64,000 nucleotides of DNA from positions 12,300 through 76,299 of the forward strand of contig WFNO01000122.1 in the NCBI GenBank assembly GCA_015488555.1, read 5' to 3'. Below, piece after piece: positions 9,350-19,881 of this stretch. The notes beneath the pieces are model-generated. The model did not search any database and was not told the origin of the DNA. It saw only the letters and a list, made by a program, of their open reading frames with translations. The position numbers and the translations under genes are program-made. The stretch is from Gammaproteobacteria bacterium (GTDB lineage: Bacteria; Pseudomonadota; Gammaproteobacteria; SZUA-140). Each line of letters begins with the position of its first letter. The first letter of the stretch is position 1.

Positions 9350-11379
9350 GGCGCCGATCCACTCTCCCGTGCCAGAGCGGAATCGCTCACCGGCACTGTA
9401 TCACCCGCCTGCACATCCCCCTTTGTGCGCTGGCGCCGTTTGTCCTTCAGTGCCAAGCGATAGCGCCGATCACTGATGGCCAACAACCCTCCCAATGCCA
9501 TGATCGCGCAACCGCCCCAGATCCACACCACGAAGGGCTTGTAATAGATGCGCACGATCCAGGCGCCACCCGGCAAGGGCTCCCCCAGGGAGACGTAGAT
9601 ATCGCGGAACAAGTTGGTATGGATGGCAGCCTCGGTCATGGGCATAGTCTGTACCCGATAGACGCGCTTCTCGGGATGCAAGACCACCAATTCACGGCCA
9701 TCTTTGCGCACGCTGAAGTAACCACGCGTGGCCTGGTAATTGGGACCGGGCACGTCCACCACGCCGTCGAAGCGGAAACTGTACCCAGCAATGGTAGCGG
9801 TATCTCCCAAATCCATGCGCACGTCCTTCTCGATCTCGTAACCACGCACCAAGGTCACGCCGATGATGAAGACCGCCACACCCAGGTGAGCCACCTGCAT
9901 GCCGTAATAGCTGCGGCTAATTCCCGCCAGGGCTCCTCGCCCCAGCTCGAGGTTACGGCGGATACGGCGAGCGAACCCCGTGACCACGGTGGCGATGATC
10001 CAAACGGCCAACAATATCCCCAAACTCACCAGTGGCGACCACTCTCCCCCCCTTATGAGGGGCACCAACACGGCTACCACAGCAGCACTGGCAAAGGCCC
10101 AGCGCAGGCGAACCGCCAACTCCGGCAAGGCGGCCTTCTTCCAGCGGGCCAGCGGGCCTACTCCCATCAGGAACACTAGCGGCACCATGAGAGGTAGAAA
10201 CACCGCCTCGAAATACGGTGGGCCCACCGAGATCTTGCCCAACCCCAGGGCATCCAGCACCAGGGGGTAGAGCGTACCCAACAACACGCTACCGGCAGCG
10301 ACGACCAGCAACACGTTGTTGGCAAGCAGCATGGATTCCCGAGAGACGAGATCGAAATGCCCGCCCTTGCCCACCTGCTGGGCACGCAAGGCATAGAGGA
10401 ACAGAGAACTCCCCACCACTACCACCAGGAAGGCAAGGATGAACACGCCGCGCTCGGGATCGGTGGCAAATGCATGTACCGAGGTCAACACTCCGGAGCG
10501 CACCAGGAAGGTCCCCAGCAGGCTCAAGGAGAAAGTCATGATGGCCAGCAACACCGTCCAGTTCTTGAAACTGCCGCGTTTTTCAGTCACTGCCAGAGAA
10601 TGGATGAGTGCCGTACCCACCAGCCAGGGCATGAAAGAGGCATTCTCTACTGGATCCCAGAACCACCAGCCGCCCCAACCCAGTTCGTAATAGGCCCACC
10701 AACTGCCCAAGGCGATACCCAAGGTAAGAAACACCCAGGCCACCGTCGTCCAGGGTCGCGACCAGCGAGCCCAGGTGGCATCCAGCCGCCCCCCTAAAAG
10801 GGCCGCAATGGCAAAAGCGAAAGCCACCGAAAATCCCACGTATCCCATATAAAGCAAGGGAGGATGGATCACCAAGCCGGGATCCTGCAACAACGGATTG
10901 AGGTCACGGCCATCAGGCGCCGGCGGGATGAGGCGCTCGAAAGGATTGGAAGTGAGCAGCGTAAACAAGAGGAAACCCACGGTGATCCAACCCAGCACGC
11001 CGATTACCCGAGCCACCATCTCCAGAGGCAGCCTGCGGCTGAACACGCTCACCGCCAGAGTCCATCCTGCGAGCATGAGCACCCACAGCAACAAGGAACC
11101 TTCATGCCCACCCCACACCCCAGCAATGCGGTATTGCAGGGGCAAGGCCGAATTGGAATGGGTAGCGGTATAGAGCACTGAGAAATCGTTGGTGACAAAG
11201 GCGTAGGTGAGGCAGGCATACGCAATGGCCACAAACACAAACAGGCCCTGTGCCAATGGCCGGGCCGCAGCCATCCAGGCCACGTTGCCACGGGCCGCTC
11301 CCACCAGAGGCAGAACACCCTGCACCAGGGCCAGTCCAAGTGCCAGGATCAAGGCAAAATGTCCAATTTCCGGGATCAT
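9346..11379 (-). CDS. ccmF: cytochrome c haem lyase subunit CcmF
   Basis: 677 aa, polytopic. N-terminus [14 protein letters not shown] and a [12 protein letters not shown] tryptophan-rich motif. Confidence 0.92.
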   Translation of the reverse strand: MIPEIGHFALILALGLALVQGVLPLVGAARGNVAWMAAARPLAQGLFVFVAIAYACLTYAFVTNDFSVLYTATHSNSALPLQYRIAGVWGGHEGSLLLWVLMLAGWTLAVSVFSRRLPLEMVARVIGVLGWITVGFLLFTLLTSNPFERLIPPAPDGRDLNPLLQDPGLVIHPPLLYMGYVGFSVAFAFAIAALLGGRLDATWARWSRPWTTVAWVFLTLGIALGSWWAYYELGWGGWWFWDPVENASFMPWLVGTALIHSLAVTEKRGSFKNWTVLLAIMTFSLSLLGTFLVRSGVLTSVHAFATDPERGVFILAFLVVVVGSSLFLYALRAQQVGKGGHFDLVSRESMLLANNVLLVVAAGSVLLGTLYPLVLDALGLGKISVGPPYFEAVFLPLMVPLVFLMGVGPLARWKKAALPELAVRLRWAFASAAVVAVLVPLIRGGEWSPLVSLGILLAVWIIATVVTGFARRIRRNLELGRGALAGISRSYYGMQVAHLGVAVFIIGVTLVRGYEIEKDVRMDLGDTATIAGYSFRFDGVVDVPGPNYQATRGYFSVRKDGRELVVLHPEKRVYRVQTMPMTEAAIHTNLFRDIYVSLGEPLPGGAWIVRIYYKPFVVWIWGGCAIMALGGLLAISDRRYRLALKDKRRQRTKGDVQAGDTVPVSDSALARESGSAP

Positions 11380-11840
11380 GGCAAATCTCCTCCGGTAGCC
11401 GAATCAGCACCACTGCGCTGCTTGGCCTTTTCCAAGGCCTCCGCCACTTCCGGAGGCATGTAGGTTTCATCGTGTTTGGCCAGCACTTCCTCAGCGTGAA
11501 ATACCCCGTCCTCGCCCAGCTTGCCTTGGGCCACTACGCCCTGTCCTTCGCGGAACAGGTCGGGCAGAATACCGCTGTAGACCACGGGAATGGTCTCCAC
11601 GTTGTCCGTCACCCGGAAATGCACCGTGATGCCATCGGGCTGGCGCTGCACACTGCCCTCCTCTACCAGTCCACCGATACGAAAACTGCGTCCCACCGGA
11701 GCCTCGTTGGCCATCACTTCACTGGGACTGAAGAAAAAGACCAAATTACTGCGAAAGGCATTGAGCACCAGCGCCGCCGCCACGCCGATGCCGGCCACCC
11801 CCAGGACGATAAAAACGAGTCGCTTGTGTCTAGGCTTCAT
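11376..11840 (-). CDS. ccmE: haem chaperone CcmE
   Basis: [15 protein letters not shown] anchor, FRIGGLV, and a C-terminal haem-binding region; internal ATG at 11840. Confidence 0.9.
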   Translation of the reverse strand: MKPRHKRLVFIVLGVAGIGVAAALVLNAFRSNLVFFFSPSEVMANEAPVGRSFRIGGLVEEGSVQRQPDGITVHFRVTDNVETIPVVYSGILPDLFREGQGVVAQGKLGEDGVFHAEEVLAKHDETYMPPEVAEALEKAKQRSGADSATGGDLP

Positions 11841-12012
11841 GTTCCACCCTTCTTCCGGACCTCCGCTGAATTCGACCCAAGCGATGAAGAATAGTTCGCC
11901 GTCGCTGGCGCACACGCCAGACTTCCATCAACATCAACAACAAGGCCACGCCATAGGAACCCCATACATAGGCGCCATAACCGCCCATGGCCCAGAATTC
12001 CGACCAACTCAT
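11830..12012 (-). CDS. ccmD: haem exporter protein CcmD
   Basis: 60-aa [27 protein letters not shown]... single-TM peptide. ATGA overlap with the ccmC stop. Confidence 0.8.
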   Translation of the reverse strand: MSWSEFWAMGGYGAYVWGSYGVALLLMLMEVWRVRQRRRTILHRLGRIQRRSGRRVEHEA

Positions 12013-12761
12013 CGTCTTTCTTCCTCCAACACTTCCAAAACCCATTCGCTGTGACGTTCGCGCTCGAGAATAATACAGCGCACCCGCGCCAGGACCACGG
12101 CGATGGCGTACATCCAACACGCAAAGGTCATCACCAGCAGGGCTGCCAGCATGCTGTCTGCCATCGTGGGAGCCTTGTCGAAACTGATGGACGCTCCCTG
12201 GTGCAAGGTATTCCACCACTCGACGGAATAATAGATGATAGGCACGTTGACCACGCCTACGATGGCCAGCAGGCCACTGGCACGAGAGGCACGCCGCGGA
12301 TCGTCAATTGCCGCCTCCAAGGACATGTAACCGATATACAGAAACAATAGAATCAATTCAGAGGTGAGACGAGCGTCCCATACCCACCAAGTGCCCCACA
12401 TAGGCTTGCCCCATAGGGCTCCCGTCCACAGGGCGAGAAAGGTGAACAGCGCGCCGGTAGGGGCCAAAGCGCTGGCCATCATGGCCGACAGACGGGTGTT
12501 GAAAATCAGGCCCAACGCGGCATAACCAGCCATGACAACGTAGATGAACATGGACATCCAAGCGGCCGGCACATGGATGAACATGATGCGGTAGGCATCT
12601 CCCTGCTGGTAGTCAGGCGGCGCCACGAAGAAGCCCAGATAGAGCCCTGCCACCGTAGCCACCGCCGCCAGACCGGCAAACCATGGAATCATCCTGCCGG
12701 CCAATGGATAGAAAGTGGCTGGTGAAGAATACTTGAACCAGTTGATTCCAGTGGTACTCAT
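12009..12761 (-). CDS. ccmC: haem exporter protein CcmC
   Basis: WGKPMWGTWWVWDARLT W-rich motif and conserved His residues; internal ATG at 12761. Confidence 0.9.
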   Translation of the reverse strand: MSTTGINWFKYSSPATFYPLAGRMIPWFAGLAAVATVAGLYLGFFVAPPDYQQGDAYRIMFIHVPAAWMSMFIYVVMAGYAALGLIFNTRLSAMMASALAPTGALFTFLALWTGALWGKPMWGTWWVWDARLTSELILLFLYIGYMSLEAAIDDPRRASRASGLLAIVGVVNVPIIYYSVEWWNTLHQGASISFDKAPTMADSMLAALLVMTFACWMYAIAVVLARVRCIILERERHSEWVLEVLEEERR

Positions 12762-12825
12762 GACCCGCGCGCGTCCCTCGATTCCATAGCTTCGATTTCC
12801 ATTTCTGCTACAATTCCTCCCCGTT

Positions 12826-13494
12826 TCAATCCAGCGAGATTCGTAGTGCCGCGGCCGCCGCCAGGGGAGCGAAGCACAAGGCCAACACCGCGATGGCACC
12901 CAACAGTGACAGATGGGCCGTGGCCCCCAAACCACTTACCTGTGCCTCCACCGCGCCCGCACCGAAGATGAGCACGGGAATGTAAAGAGGTAGCACCAGC
13001 AGGGATACCAGCACACTGCCACCCCGCAACCCCAGAGTCAGGGCCGCCCCCACCGCGCCGATGAGGCTGATGGCCGGTGTCCCCAACAACAGGGTCCACC
13101 AAAGGGTCCATAAAGCCTCTCCTTCCAGGCCGAATTGCAAACCCAACAAAGGCGCCATCAACACCAATGGCAGGCCAGTCACCAACCAGTGGGCCAGCAC
13201 CTTGGCCGCTACCAGCAGGGACAAGGGCTGCGGCGCGAGCAGGATCTGCTCCAGGGTACCATCACTGTAGTCGTTGCCGAACAAACGCCCCAGGGCCAGC
13301 ATGGAGGCCAGGATGGCCGCCACCCATACCACGCCTGGCGCGATAACGCGTAAGGTCTCCATTTCGGGCCCTACCCCCAGGGGAAACAGGCTCACCACGA
13401 TCACGAAGAAAAACAAAGTCGTCAATACATCCGCCACCCGCCGCACGGCCAAGGTGAGGTCGCGCATCACCATGCTGCGCAGGGCAGCCCACAT
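12826..13494 (-). CDS. ccmB: haem exporter permease CcmB
   Basis: 222-aa six-TM ABC permease following ccmA (CcmB by position and topology). Confidence 0.88.
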   Translation of the reverse strand: MWAALRSMVMRDLTLAVRRVADVLTTLFFFVIVVSLFPLGVGPEMETLRVIAPGVVWVAAILASMLALGRLFGNDYSDGTLEQILLAPQPLSLLVAAKVLAHWLVTGLPLVLMAPLLGLQFGLEGEALWTLWWTLLLGTPAISLIGAVGAALTLGLRGGSVLVSLLVLPLYIPVLIFGAGAVEAQVSGLGATAHLSLLGAIAVLALCFAPLAAAAALRISLD

Positions 13495-13497
13495 TCC

Positions 13498-14130
13498 TCA
13501 ATCCCCCCAGCTTCCCATGGCGATGGTCTTGGCTACCGCAGCGGTGAGCATCACCTCCTGATGTGTAGTGAGCACCACCAGTCCACCCCCCCGCAGATGA
13601 TTCGCCAAGGTCTGTTCCAGGCCAGCCACTGCCTTTTTATCCAAGGCGGTGAAGGGCTCGTCCAGGATCCATATGCGCACCGGCGTCAAGTATAGCCGCG
13701 CCAATGCCACCCGCCGTTTCTGTCCCTGCGAAAGTACCTGTACGGGCAGGTCAGCACAATCCTCCAATCCCAGAGCGTCCAGCGCCTCCAGGGCCTGCCG
13801 CTCGGAGACGGGCCGCCCTTGCAAGGCCGAGGCCACGCGCAGGTTCTCCAAGGCGGTCAATTCGTCCTTCAATGCCGCAGCGTGTCCCAAGTACAACAGC
13901 TCGCGCCTGTAGTCCTCTCCCAGTTTGCGGATGGAGTGGCCCTCCCAGCGCACCTCCCCGGCCTCCGGCAGCACCAAGCCGCAGAGCATGCGCAGCAGCG
14001 TGGTCTTACCGCTGCCGTTGGGTCCGTGTACGTACAGCAGTTCGCCGGCCGCCAGCGAGAATGCCAGCCCCGTGAAGAGGCGTCGGTCACCGCGCACGGC
14101 CGCCAGGCCCACGGCCTCCAGCATCAGCAC
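13498..14130 (-). CDS. ccmA: haem ABC exporter ATPase CcmA
   Basis: Walker A GPNGSGKTTLLR, ABC signature, 210 aa, first gene of the ccm operon. Confidence 0.9.
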   Translation of the reverse strand: MLMLEAVGLAAVRGDRRLFTGLAFSLAAGELLYVHGPNGSGKTTLLRMLCGLVLPEAGEVRWEGHSIRKLGEDYRRELLYLGHAAALKDELTALENLRVASALQGRPVSERQALEALDALGLEDCADLPVQVLSQGQKRRVALARLYLTPVRIWILDEPFTALDKKAVAGLEQTLANHLRGGGLVVLTTHQEVMLTAAVAKTIAMGSWGD

Positions 14131-14401
14131 CGCTCCCGGGCGCCACGGTTACCGCACCCCGGCAGTGCGTATGTTACCATATCCACAGACTGATTATCTG
14201 GAAAGTGCTTGAAAATCAAAATCTCAAACAACGTGGGGGGGAGGGCGGCCTCATACCGGAGCGCGACTATCCCGACTTCTTCACCAACACAGAGAACGTT
14301 CCCGAAACAAATATATGAAGCTTGAGATGATACCCCACTTGGTTCAAGTCTGGCCAGTCCAGTACTGGATCCGGTACTCGATCCGGCATCGGGCGACACG
14401 C

Positions 14402-14434
14402 CAGGAGAAACCTACCCACAGGAGAAACCTACCC
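14402..14434 (+). repeat. tandem duplication of a 16-mer containing the RBS (caggagaaacctaccc x2) immediately upstream of the moxR ATG
   Basis: Direct reading: caggagaaacctaccc a caggagaaacctaccc taa ATG. Confidence 0.6.
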
Positions 14435-14437
14435 TAA

Positions 14438-15394
14438 ATGAGTAATGAAGCACTGGCCATGCTCCGGAACCGGCTCGCCGTTCGTATCCTGGGTCAGGAG
14501 GATCTCATCGAACGCCTGCTGGTAGGTCTTCTGGGCAGGGGACACCTCTTGCTGGAAGGCGTTCCAGGGCTGGCCAAGACCACCCTCGTACGGGCGCTGG
14601 CCGAGGGCCTGGCCCTGCGCTTCAAACGCATCCAGTTCACGCCGGACCTCATTCCCGGTGACATCACCGGTAGCGAGATCTTCCTGCCCCAGGAGGGCCG
14701 CTTTCGCTTCGCAGAGGGCCCTCTGTTTCACGACATCGTACTGGCAGACGAAATCAACCGGGCGCCGCCCAAGGTGCAATCGGCTCTGCTCGAGGCCATG
14801 GAGGAACGCCAAGTGACGGTGGGAGACCGCACCCGCCCCCTCTCCCCGGTCTTCACCGTCATCGCCACCCAGAACCCCATCGAACAGGAAGGCACCTATC
14901 CCCTGCCGGAGGCCCAGCTGGACCGTTTCTTCATGAAACTGCACGTGGACTATCCCGACGAGGACACCGAATTGGCCATCCTCCGCCAGGAAGGCCGGCC
15001 GGGACTGGTGACCGATGCTGAATCGGATACCACACTGGACGCCGAAACCCTGATGGCGGCACGCGCCGAGGCCGCCGCGGTGTACATGGACGAAATGCTG
15101 GAGCGCTATGTGGTGGCCCTGGTGCAATGCAGCCGGCGGCCCGCTGAATGGGACGCGGAACTGGCGGAGTGGCTCACCCGCGGGGCCTCGCCCCGCGCCA
15201 CGCTGGCCCTGGCACTGGCCGCCCGTTGCCGCGCCTATCTGCGTGCGCGCGACTTCGTCACGCCGGAAGATATCCTGGCGGTGGCCGGCGACGTGCTCCA
15301 TCACCGCCTCGGTCTGAGCTTCGCCGCTCGCAGCGCCGGCGTCGACGGCCGCCAGGCGGTGGCCCGATTGCTGGAAGTGGTTCCCGCTCCCTGA
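14438..15394 (+). CDS. MoxR-family AAA+ ATPase
   Basis: EGVPGLAKTTLVRALAEGL Walker A and MoxR-type organisation. First gene of a Bat-like operon. Confidence 0.9.
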   Translation: MSNEALAMLRNRLAVRILGQEDLIERLLVGLLGRGHLLLEGVPGLAKTTLVRALAEGLALRFKRIQFTPDLIPGDITGSEIFLPQEGRFRFAEGPLFHDIVLADEINRAPPKVQSALLEAMEERQVTVGDRTRPLSPVFTVIATQNPIEQEGTYPLPEAQLDRFFMKLHVDYPDEDTELAILRQEGRPGLVTDAESDTTLDAETLMAARAEAAAVYMDEMLERYVVALVQCSRRPAEWDAELAEWLTRGASPRATLALALAARCRAYLRARDFVTPEDILAVAGDVLHHRLGLSFAARSAGVDGRQAVARLLEVVPAP

Positions 15395-15399
15395 CAAGG

Positions 15400-15539
15400 C
15401 TGTTGAGATTCTCCTCATGCGGCGCGATCCGGCGTTGAAAATGGCCTCGAAATGCTCTTTTGCAATAAACTTACGCTTTCTCGGCCATTTTCGCCTGGTC
15501 TCGCGCTCGCCCGAGCGAATTCCAAATTCCAACAGCCTG
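15400..15539. repeat. MITE-like palindromic repeat, copy 2 of 3, inserted between moxR and the DUF58 gene
   Basis: Aligns with 93..232 and 57048..57184. Carries a short internal insertion near its 3' end. Confidence 0.75.
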
Positions 15540-15546
15540 CTGAGCC

Positions 15547-16464
15547 ATGAAGACCTCGGCCGCCACTGATCCGCGCCGCGCGCCCCTGGTGGACACGGCC
15601 ACCCTGGAAGGGCTGCTGCTACAGGTACAGGCCCACTGGCAGGCGCAGCGCCGGAGCCATCGCTTCGCGCGCCCCTACGCCGGTCCCCTGCCCGCCCTGT
15701 TGCGCGGCCAGGGCCTGGAACTGCACGATCGCCGGCCCTATCAGGCGGGCGACGATCTGCGCCACCTGGACTGGCGGGCCATGGCCCGCAGCGGCCGCCC
15801 GCTCACCAAGGTCTATCTGGAAGAGGGCGGCCGGGAACTGTTCCTGCTGCTGGACCGCCGCGCCGGCATGCGATTCGGCAGCCGGCACGAACCGAAAGCA
15901 GCCTGCGCCGCCCGCACCGCAGCCATCCTCGCCTTCGCTGCCCTGTGCGCCGGCGAGCGGACCGGAGGGATGGTGGTGGAAGGCGAAGCGCGCCACTTCC
16001 CGGCCAGCGCCACCCTGGCCGGCCTCCATCCCCTGTTGCAAGCCGCCGCTGCACCCCTGCCGGAGCGGCCGCCGCCCCCCTGCGAGCTCGCGCACCTGTG
16101 GCCCCGAGTGGCCCAGCACTGTCAGCCGGGCGTGCAGCTGTGTCTGATCAGCGACTTCCGCCGACTCGAGGACTGGCCACAAGAGGCCCTGCAGGGCCTG
16201 GCCCGGCGCTGCGAGATCCACGCCTTTCAGATTTGCGACCGCGGCGAGGCCTCCCTGCCCAAGCGGGGCCGCTTGTGCCTGCACGACGAGCAAGGGCGGG
16301 AATACCTGGTGGACTGCCGAGACGCCGCCCTGCGCCGGGACTACGCCGCCGCCATCGAAGGCTGGCAACGGCGGCTGCAGGCCCGGTTGCACGCCGCTGG
16401 CATCCCCCTGACGGTGGTCTATAATCACCGGGACACCTTCCGGCAGTTGATTCAATCCCACTAG
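15547..16464 (+). CDS. DUF58 protein (MoxR partner, VWA-like)
   Basis: DLRHLDWRAMARSGRPLTKVYLEEGGRELFLLLDRRAGMRFG, the conserved DUF58 core. Confidence 0.8.
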   Translation: MKTSAATDPRRAPLVDTATLEGLLLQVQAHWQAQRRSHRFARPYAGPLPALLRGQGLELHDRRPYQAGDDLRHLDWRAMARSGRPLTKVYLEEGGRELFLLLDRRAGMRFGSRHEPKAACAARTAAILAFAALCAGERTGGMVVEGEARHFPASATLAGLHPLLQAAAAPLPERPPPPCELAHLWPRVAQHCQPGVQLCLISDFRRLEDWPQEALQGLARRCEIHAFQICDRGEASLPKRGRLCLHDEQGREYLVDCRDAALRRDYAAAIEGWQRRLQARLHAAGIPLTVVYNHRDTFRQLIQSH

Positions 16465-16486
16465 CAGGCCTGGCCCATCGCTGTTC

Positions 16487-17023
16487 ATGAACACCCTCGC
16501 CGATGCCGCACCCGCCTTGCCCCCAGAATGGCTCGCCCGGCTGGCGGACATCGAGCCGCCGCCGCCCGCAGGGCTGGCCTGGCTCTGGACCCTGATCGCC
16601 GTGCTGCTCCTGTCCGGCCTGCTGGGGGGGGTGTGGCTGCTGCGCTCGCGGCGCCGGGCCGGGGCGCCGGCCGATCATTCCCCTGCTCATCCGCTGCAGT
16701 CGGAGACGCCAGAGGATCTCCAAAACGAGGCCCTCCGGCGTCTGGACCGCCTGGAACACCGATGGCGCCAGGGCCACTGCTCCTCGCGGGAGGCGGCCTA
16801 TCACCTGGCCGCCATCCTGCGCCGCGGCGCCGCCATCCCGTCAGAACGGTCAGAAGCGTGGGCGTACCTGCAACGCCGGCTGGACGAATTGCGCTATCCA
16901 CGCCGTCCGGCAGGCGAACTGGAACCGGAGCTGTTCGCGCGGGCCCGGGCCTTCCTGGAACCGCGGGTGGAGGATGCGGCCCGCAGCCGCCGGGAACGGG
17001 AGGCGGAGCAACCGCCCGCCTGA
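16487..17023 (+). CDS. DUF4381-like single-TM protein of the Bat operon
   Basis: One TM helix (LAWLWTLIAVLLLSGLLGGVWLL), then a charged coiled region. Sits between the DUF58 and BatA genes. Confidence 0.55.
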   Translation: MNTLADAAPALPPEWLARLADIEPPPPAGLAWLWTLIAVLLLSGLLGGVWLLRSRRRAGAPADHSPAHPLQSETPEDLQNEALRRLDRLEHRWRQGHCSSREAAYHLAAILRRGAAIPSERSEAWAYLQRRLDELRYPRRPAGELEPELFARARAFLEPRVEDAARSRREREAEQPPA

Positions 17024-17035
17024 GGACGTGCCGCC

Positions 17036-18049
17036 GTGTGGATCCTCGACCAACCGTACTGGTTGTTCCTGTTCCCCCTCCCCCTGCTGCTCTGGTGGTT
17101 GCTGCACAGGCGCACCGGCAATGTGCGCGGGGCTTCCCTGTACCATCCCCACGCCGAACTGATCGCGGACCTGGCCGCCGCTCGCGGTGCCACCGTCCAT
17201 GGCAGGACGTCGCTCCTCCCGCTGTCCTATCTCCTGGCCAGCCTGCTGTTCCTCCTCGCCCTCGCCCGCCCGCAATGGCTGGACTTCGAGGCCCCCGAGG
17301 CACGCCAGGGACATGAGTTGATGGTGGCCTTGGACGTCTCGGGCTCCATGCGGGCTCTGGACTTCAGCGAGGCGGGTGAAACCGGCGCACCGACTGCCAG
17401 CCGGCTGGGCGTGGTCCGATCCGCCCTCGACGATTTCCTTGCCGGGCGCCGCCACGACCGCATCGGCCTGGTGCTCTTCGGCGACAGCGCCGCCCTCTAC
17501 GTCCCCCTCACCACCGATCACCAGCTCCTCCGGGAGCTGCTCGCCGAAGTGCGGCCCGGTATGCTGGGTGAACGGACCGCCCTGGGCGATGCCGTGGCCC
17601 TGGCCGTGGACCGCCTGCGCCGCCGGCCCGAACCGAGCCGTCTGTTGATCCTGTTCAGTGACGGCGCCCACACGGCCGGTGACATCACCCCGGAGGAGGC
17701 CCTGGACCTGGCACGCCGCCACGGCGTGCGCATCTTCACGGTGGCCGTGGGCCGCGCGGAGAAAGTGCTCTTCCCGCGCGGCCCCGTGCTCGCGCCGGAA
17801 GTGACCGTGCTGCCGCCGGACACCGCGCTGCTCCAGCGCCTGGCGCGCGAGAGCGGCGGGCACTTCTATCGGGCCGAGTCGGCGTCGGACATGCAGCGCA
17901 TCCTGGACGATCTGAACGCCCGCGCCCCCACCGTGATCCGCGACCCGGAACGGGCGGTGCGCCACCAATGGTTCTTCCTGCCCGTGTTGGCCGGGCTCGC
18001 CCTCCTGCTCGCCGCCCGCTATCGGCTACAGTGGAGGACCGCGCCGTGA
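17036..18049 (+). CDS. VWA domain membrane protein (BatA-like)
   Basis: N-terminal TM, then MVALDVSGSMRALDF, the VWA MIDAS DxSxS motif. Confidence 0.85.
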   Translation: MWILDQPYWLFLFPLPLLLWWLLHRRTGNVRGASLYHPHAELIADLAAARGATVHGRTSLLPLSYLLASLLFLLALARPQWLDFEAPEARQGHELMVALDVSGSMRALDFSEAGETGAPTASRLGVVRSALDDFLAGRRHDRIGLVLFGDSAALYVPLTTDHQLLRELLAEVRPGMLGERTALGDAVALAVDRLRRRPEPSRLLILFSDGAHTAGDITPEEALDLARRHGVRIFTVAVGRAEKVLFPRGPVLAPEVTVLPPDTALLQRLARESGGHFYRAESASDMQRILDDLNARAPTVIRDPERAVRHQWFFLPVLAGLALLLAARYRLQWRTAP

Positions 18050-18054
18050 GCGGT

Positions 18055-19881
18055 ATGGAAGCGGCCGCCTTCACTGGAACCCTCACCTGGTCCCAACCCT
18101 GGTGGCTGCTGCTCCTGCCCCTGCCCTGGTGGCTGTACCGCCACGCCCGCCGCCGGGCGCAGCGGGAGCTGCGCGCGCTGGCGGCGCCGGTTCTGTGGCC
18201 GCTGCTCGTCCACTCGGCGGCCGGCCGCGTCCAGGCCAGGATCTCGGCGGGGCTGTTCGCGGCGGCCTGGGTCCTGGCACTGGTGGCGGCCAGCGGCCCT
18301 CAGCTTAGCTCCGGTTCCGACCCCGCGCAGGCGGCACCGGGACTGGCCGTGGACGTGGCGCTGGTGGTGGACGTCTCTCCCTCCATGGCGGCGCGGGACC
18401 TGCCACCTTCCCGCCTGCAGCGGGCGAAATTCGAGTTGCGCGACTTCATCACCGATGCGCGCGGCCTGCGCCTGTCCCTGGTGGCCTTCTCGGCCCAGGC
18501 CTATCGACTCCTGCCCCTCACCGGGGACCTGGACACCGTGGCCTATTTCGTGGACGCCCTGGACAGCGGCCTCACCCGCCGCCACGGCTCCAATCTCACC
18601 ATGGCCCTGGAACTGGCCGCCCGCACCCTGGAACGCAGCCCGCCGGACAGCCGCGCCATCCTGGTGCTGAGCGACGGCGAGGCCATGGATCCCGCCGCCG
18701 TGCGGGCGGCCGGCGAACGCCTGGGACGCAGGGGCATACCCGTGCTCGCCCTGGGTATAGGCACGCGGGCGGGAGCGCCGGTACGCGACCCCCTGGGGCG
18801 TTTCCTGTCCCGGGAGAAAGGCCCGGTGATCTCCCGCCTCGACGCCGATCTCCTGGAGGCATTGGCCCGCGCCAGCGGCGGGCGCTATGTCTCCCTCGCC
18901 GACGACGACCGAGACTGGGATGCTGTTTGGGAGGCTCTGGCGGCCTTGCGTCCTGCCCTGCGCCCGGGTACGGGACCGCTTCCTCAAGACCAGCCTCTCT
19001 ATGCCTATTTCCTGGTACCGGCCCTGATCCTCTTCCTGCTCCACCTCCTGGTCCCCATGCTCATCCCCAAGAGGACCGCCGACCGGATGCCAGGGTCTTC
19101 CTCCCGCGTAACCGCCGGCCCTTCGCCGGCACAGGGAAGAGGCCTGCCGCGAGCGGCAGTGACGGCTTCGGCCCTGGCCTGTGCGGCGCTGCTCCTGCCC
19201 GCCAGCCTCACGGCCCAGGCGCCGCTGCCAGTCGCGAGTGAGGAAGCGCTGCCGCTTCCCTCGCGCAAGGCCCCGCCCTTCCCCCTGCAGTCCTTTCACG
19301 CCTATCTGGGCGAGCGTGCCCTGCGGCGTGGAGACGCCTTGGGCGCGGCCCGCCACTATGCCCGCGCCGGCGGCTACGCGGGCGCCCTGGGCCTAGGGAC
19401 GGCGGCCTACCGCCTGGGCCACCTGGCACGCGCCCGCGAGGCCTTTGCAGCCGCCCTGGAATGGGCAGTCGACGATGCACAGCGGGCCCGGGCCGCCTAC
19501 GACCTGGGCACCACATTGTTGCGCGCAGGAGAGTGGGGGGCGGCCCGGGAGGCCCTGGAAGCGGCCCTGCGCTGGCAGCCCCAGCACAAGGGCGCCTGGC
19601 GCAATCTGCAGCTCCTCTCCGAACTCCGCCTGGGGGGCGACCCGCAGGAAGGAGAGGATGCGGAAAGCCCGGAGGACCAGGGGACCTTGCCGGGCGGAGC
19701 GGATACGAACGCAACGGGCAGCGGCGGCCAGCGGGGTGGGCCAGCCTCACCGCTCTGGCCCGGCCGCGGCCGGCAGTCCATGCCTGCCGCAGCGGGCGAT
19801 GCGGGCCCCCTGCTGCTGCGCCTGCGCATGGAGGCCCAGGAAGCCGCCCTGGAGGCCCTGCCGGTGGAGCGCCCATGGTGA
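18055..19881 (+). CDS. VWA + TPR protein (BatB/BatC-like)
   Basis: VALVVDVSPSMAARDL MIDAS motif and C-terminal TPR-like helices. Internal ATG at 18055 follows the BatA stop. Confidence 0.8.
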   Translation: MEAAAFTGTLTWSQPWWLLLLPLPWWLYRHARRRAQRELRALAAPVLWPLLVHSAAGRVQARISAGLFAAAWVLALVAASGPQLSSGSDPAQAAPGLAVDVALVVDVSPSMAARDLPPSRLQRAKFELRDFITDARGLRLSLVAFSAQAYRLLPLTGDLDTVAYFVDALDSGLTRRHGSNLTMALELAARTLERSPPDSRAILVLSDGEAMDPAAVRAAGERLGRRGIPVLALGIGTRAGAPVRDPLGRFLSREKGPVISRLDADLLEALARASGGRYVSLADDDRDWDAVWEALAALRPALRPGTGPLPQDQPLYAYFLVPALILFLLHLLVPMLIPKRTADRMPGSSSRVTAGPSPAQGRGLPRAAVTASALACAALLLPASLTAQAPLPVASEEALPLPSRKAPPFPLQSFHAYLGERALRRGDALGAARHYARAGGYAGALGLGTAAYRLGHLARAREAFAAALEWAVDDAQRARAAYDLGTTLLRAGEWGAAREALEAALRWQPQHKGAWRNLQLLSELRLGGDPQEGEDAESPEDQGTLPGGADTNATGSGGQRGGPASPLWPGRGRQSMPAAAGDAGPLLLRLRMEAQEAALEALPVERPW

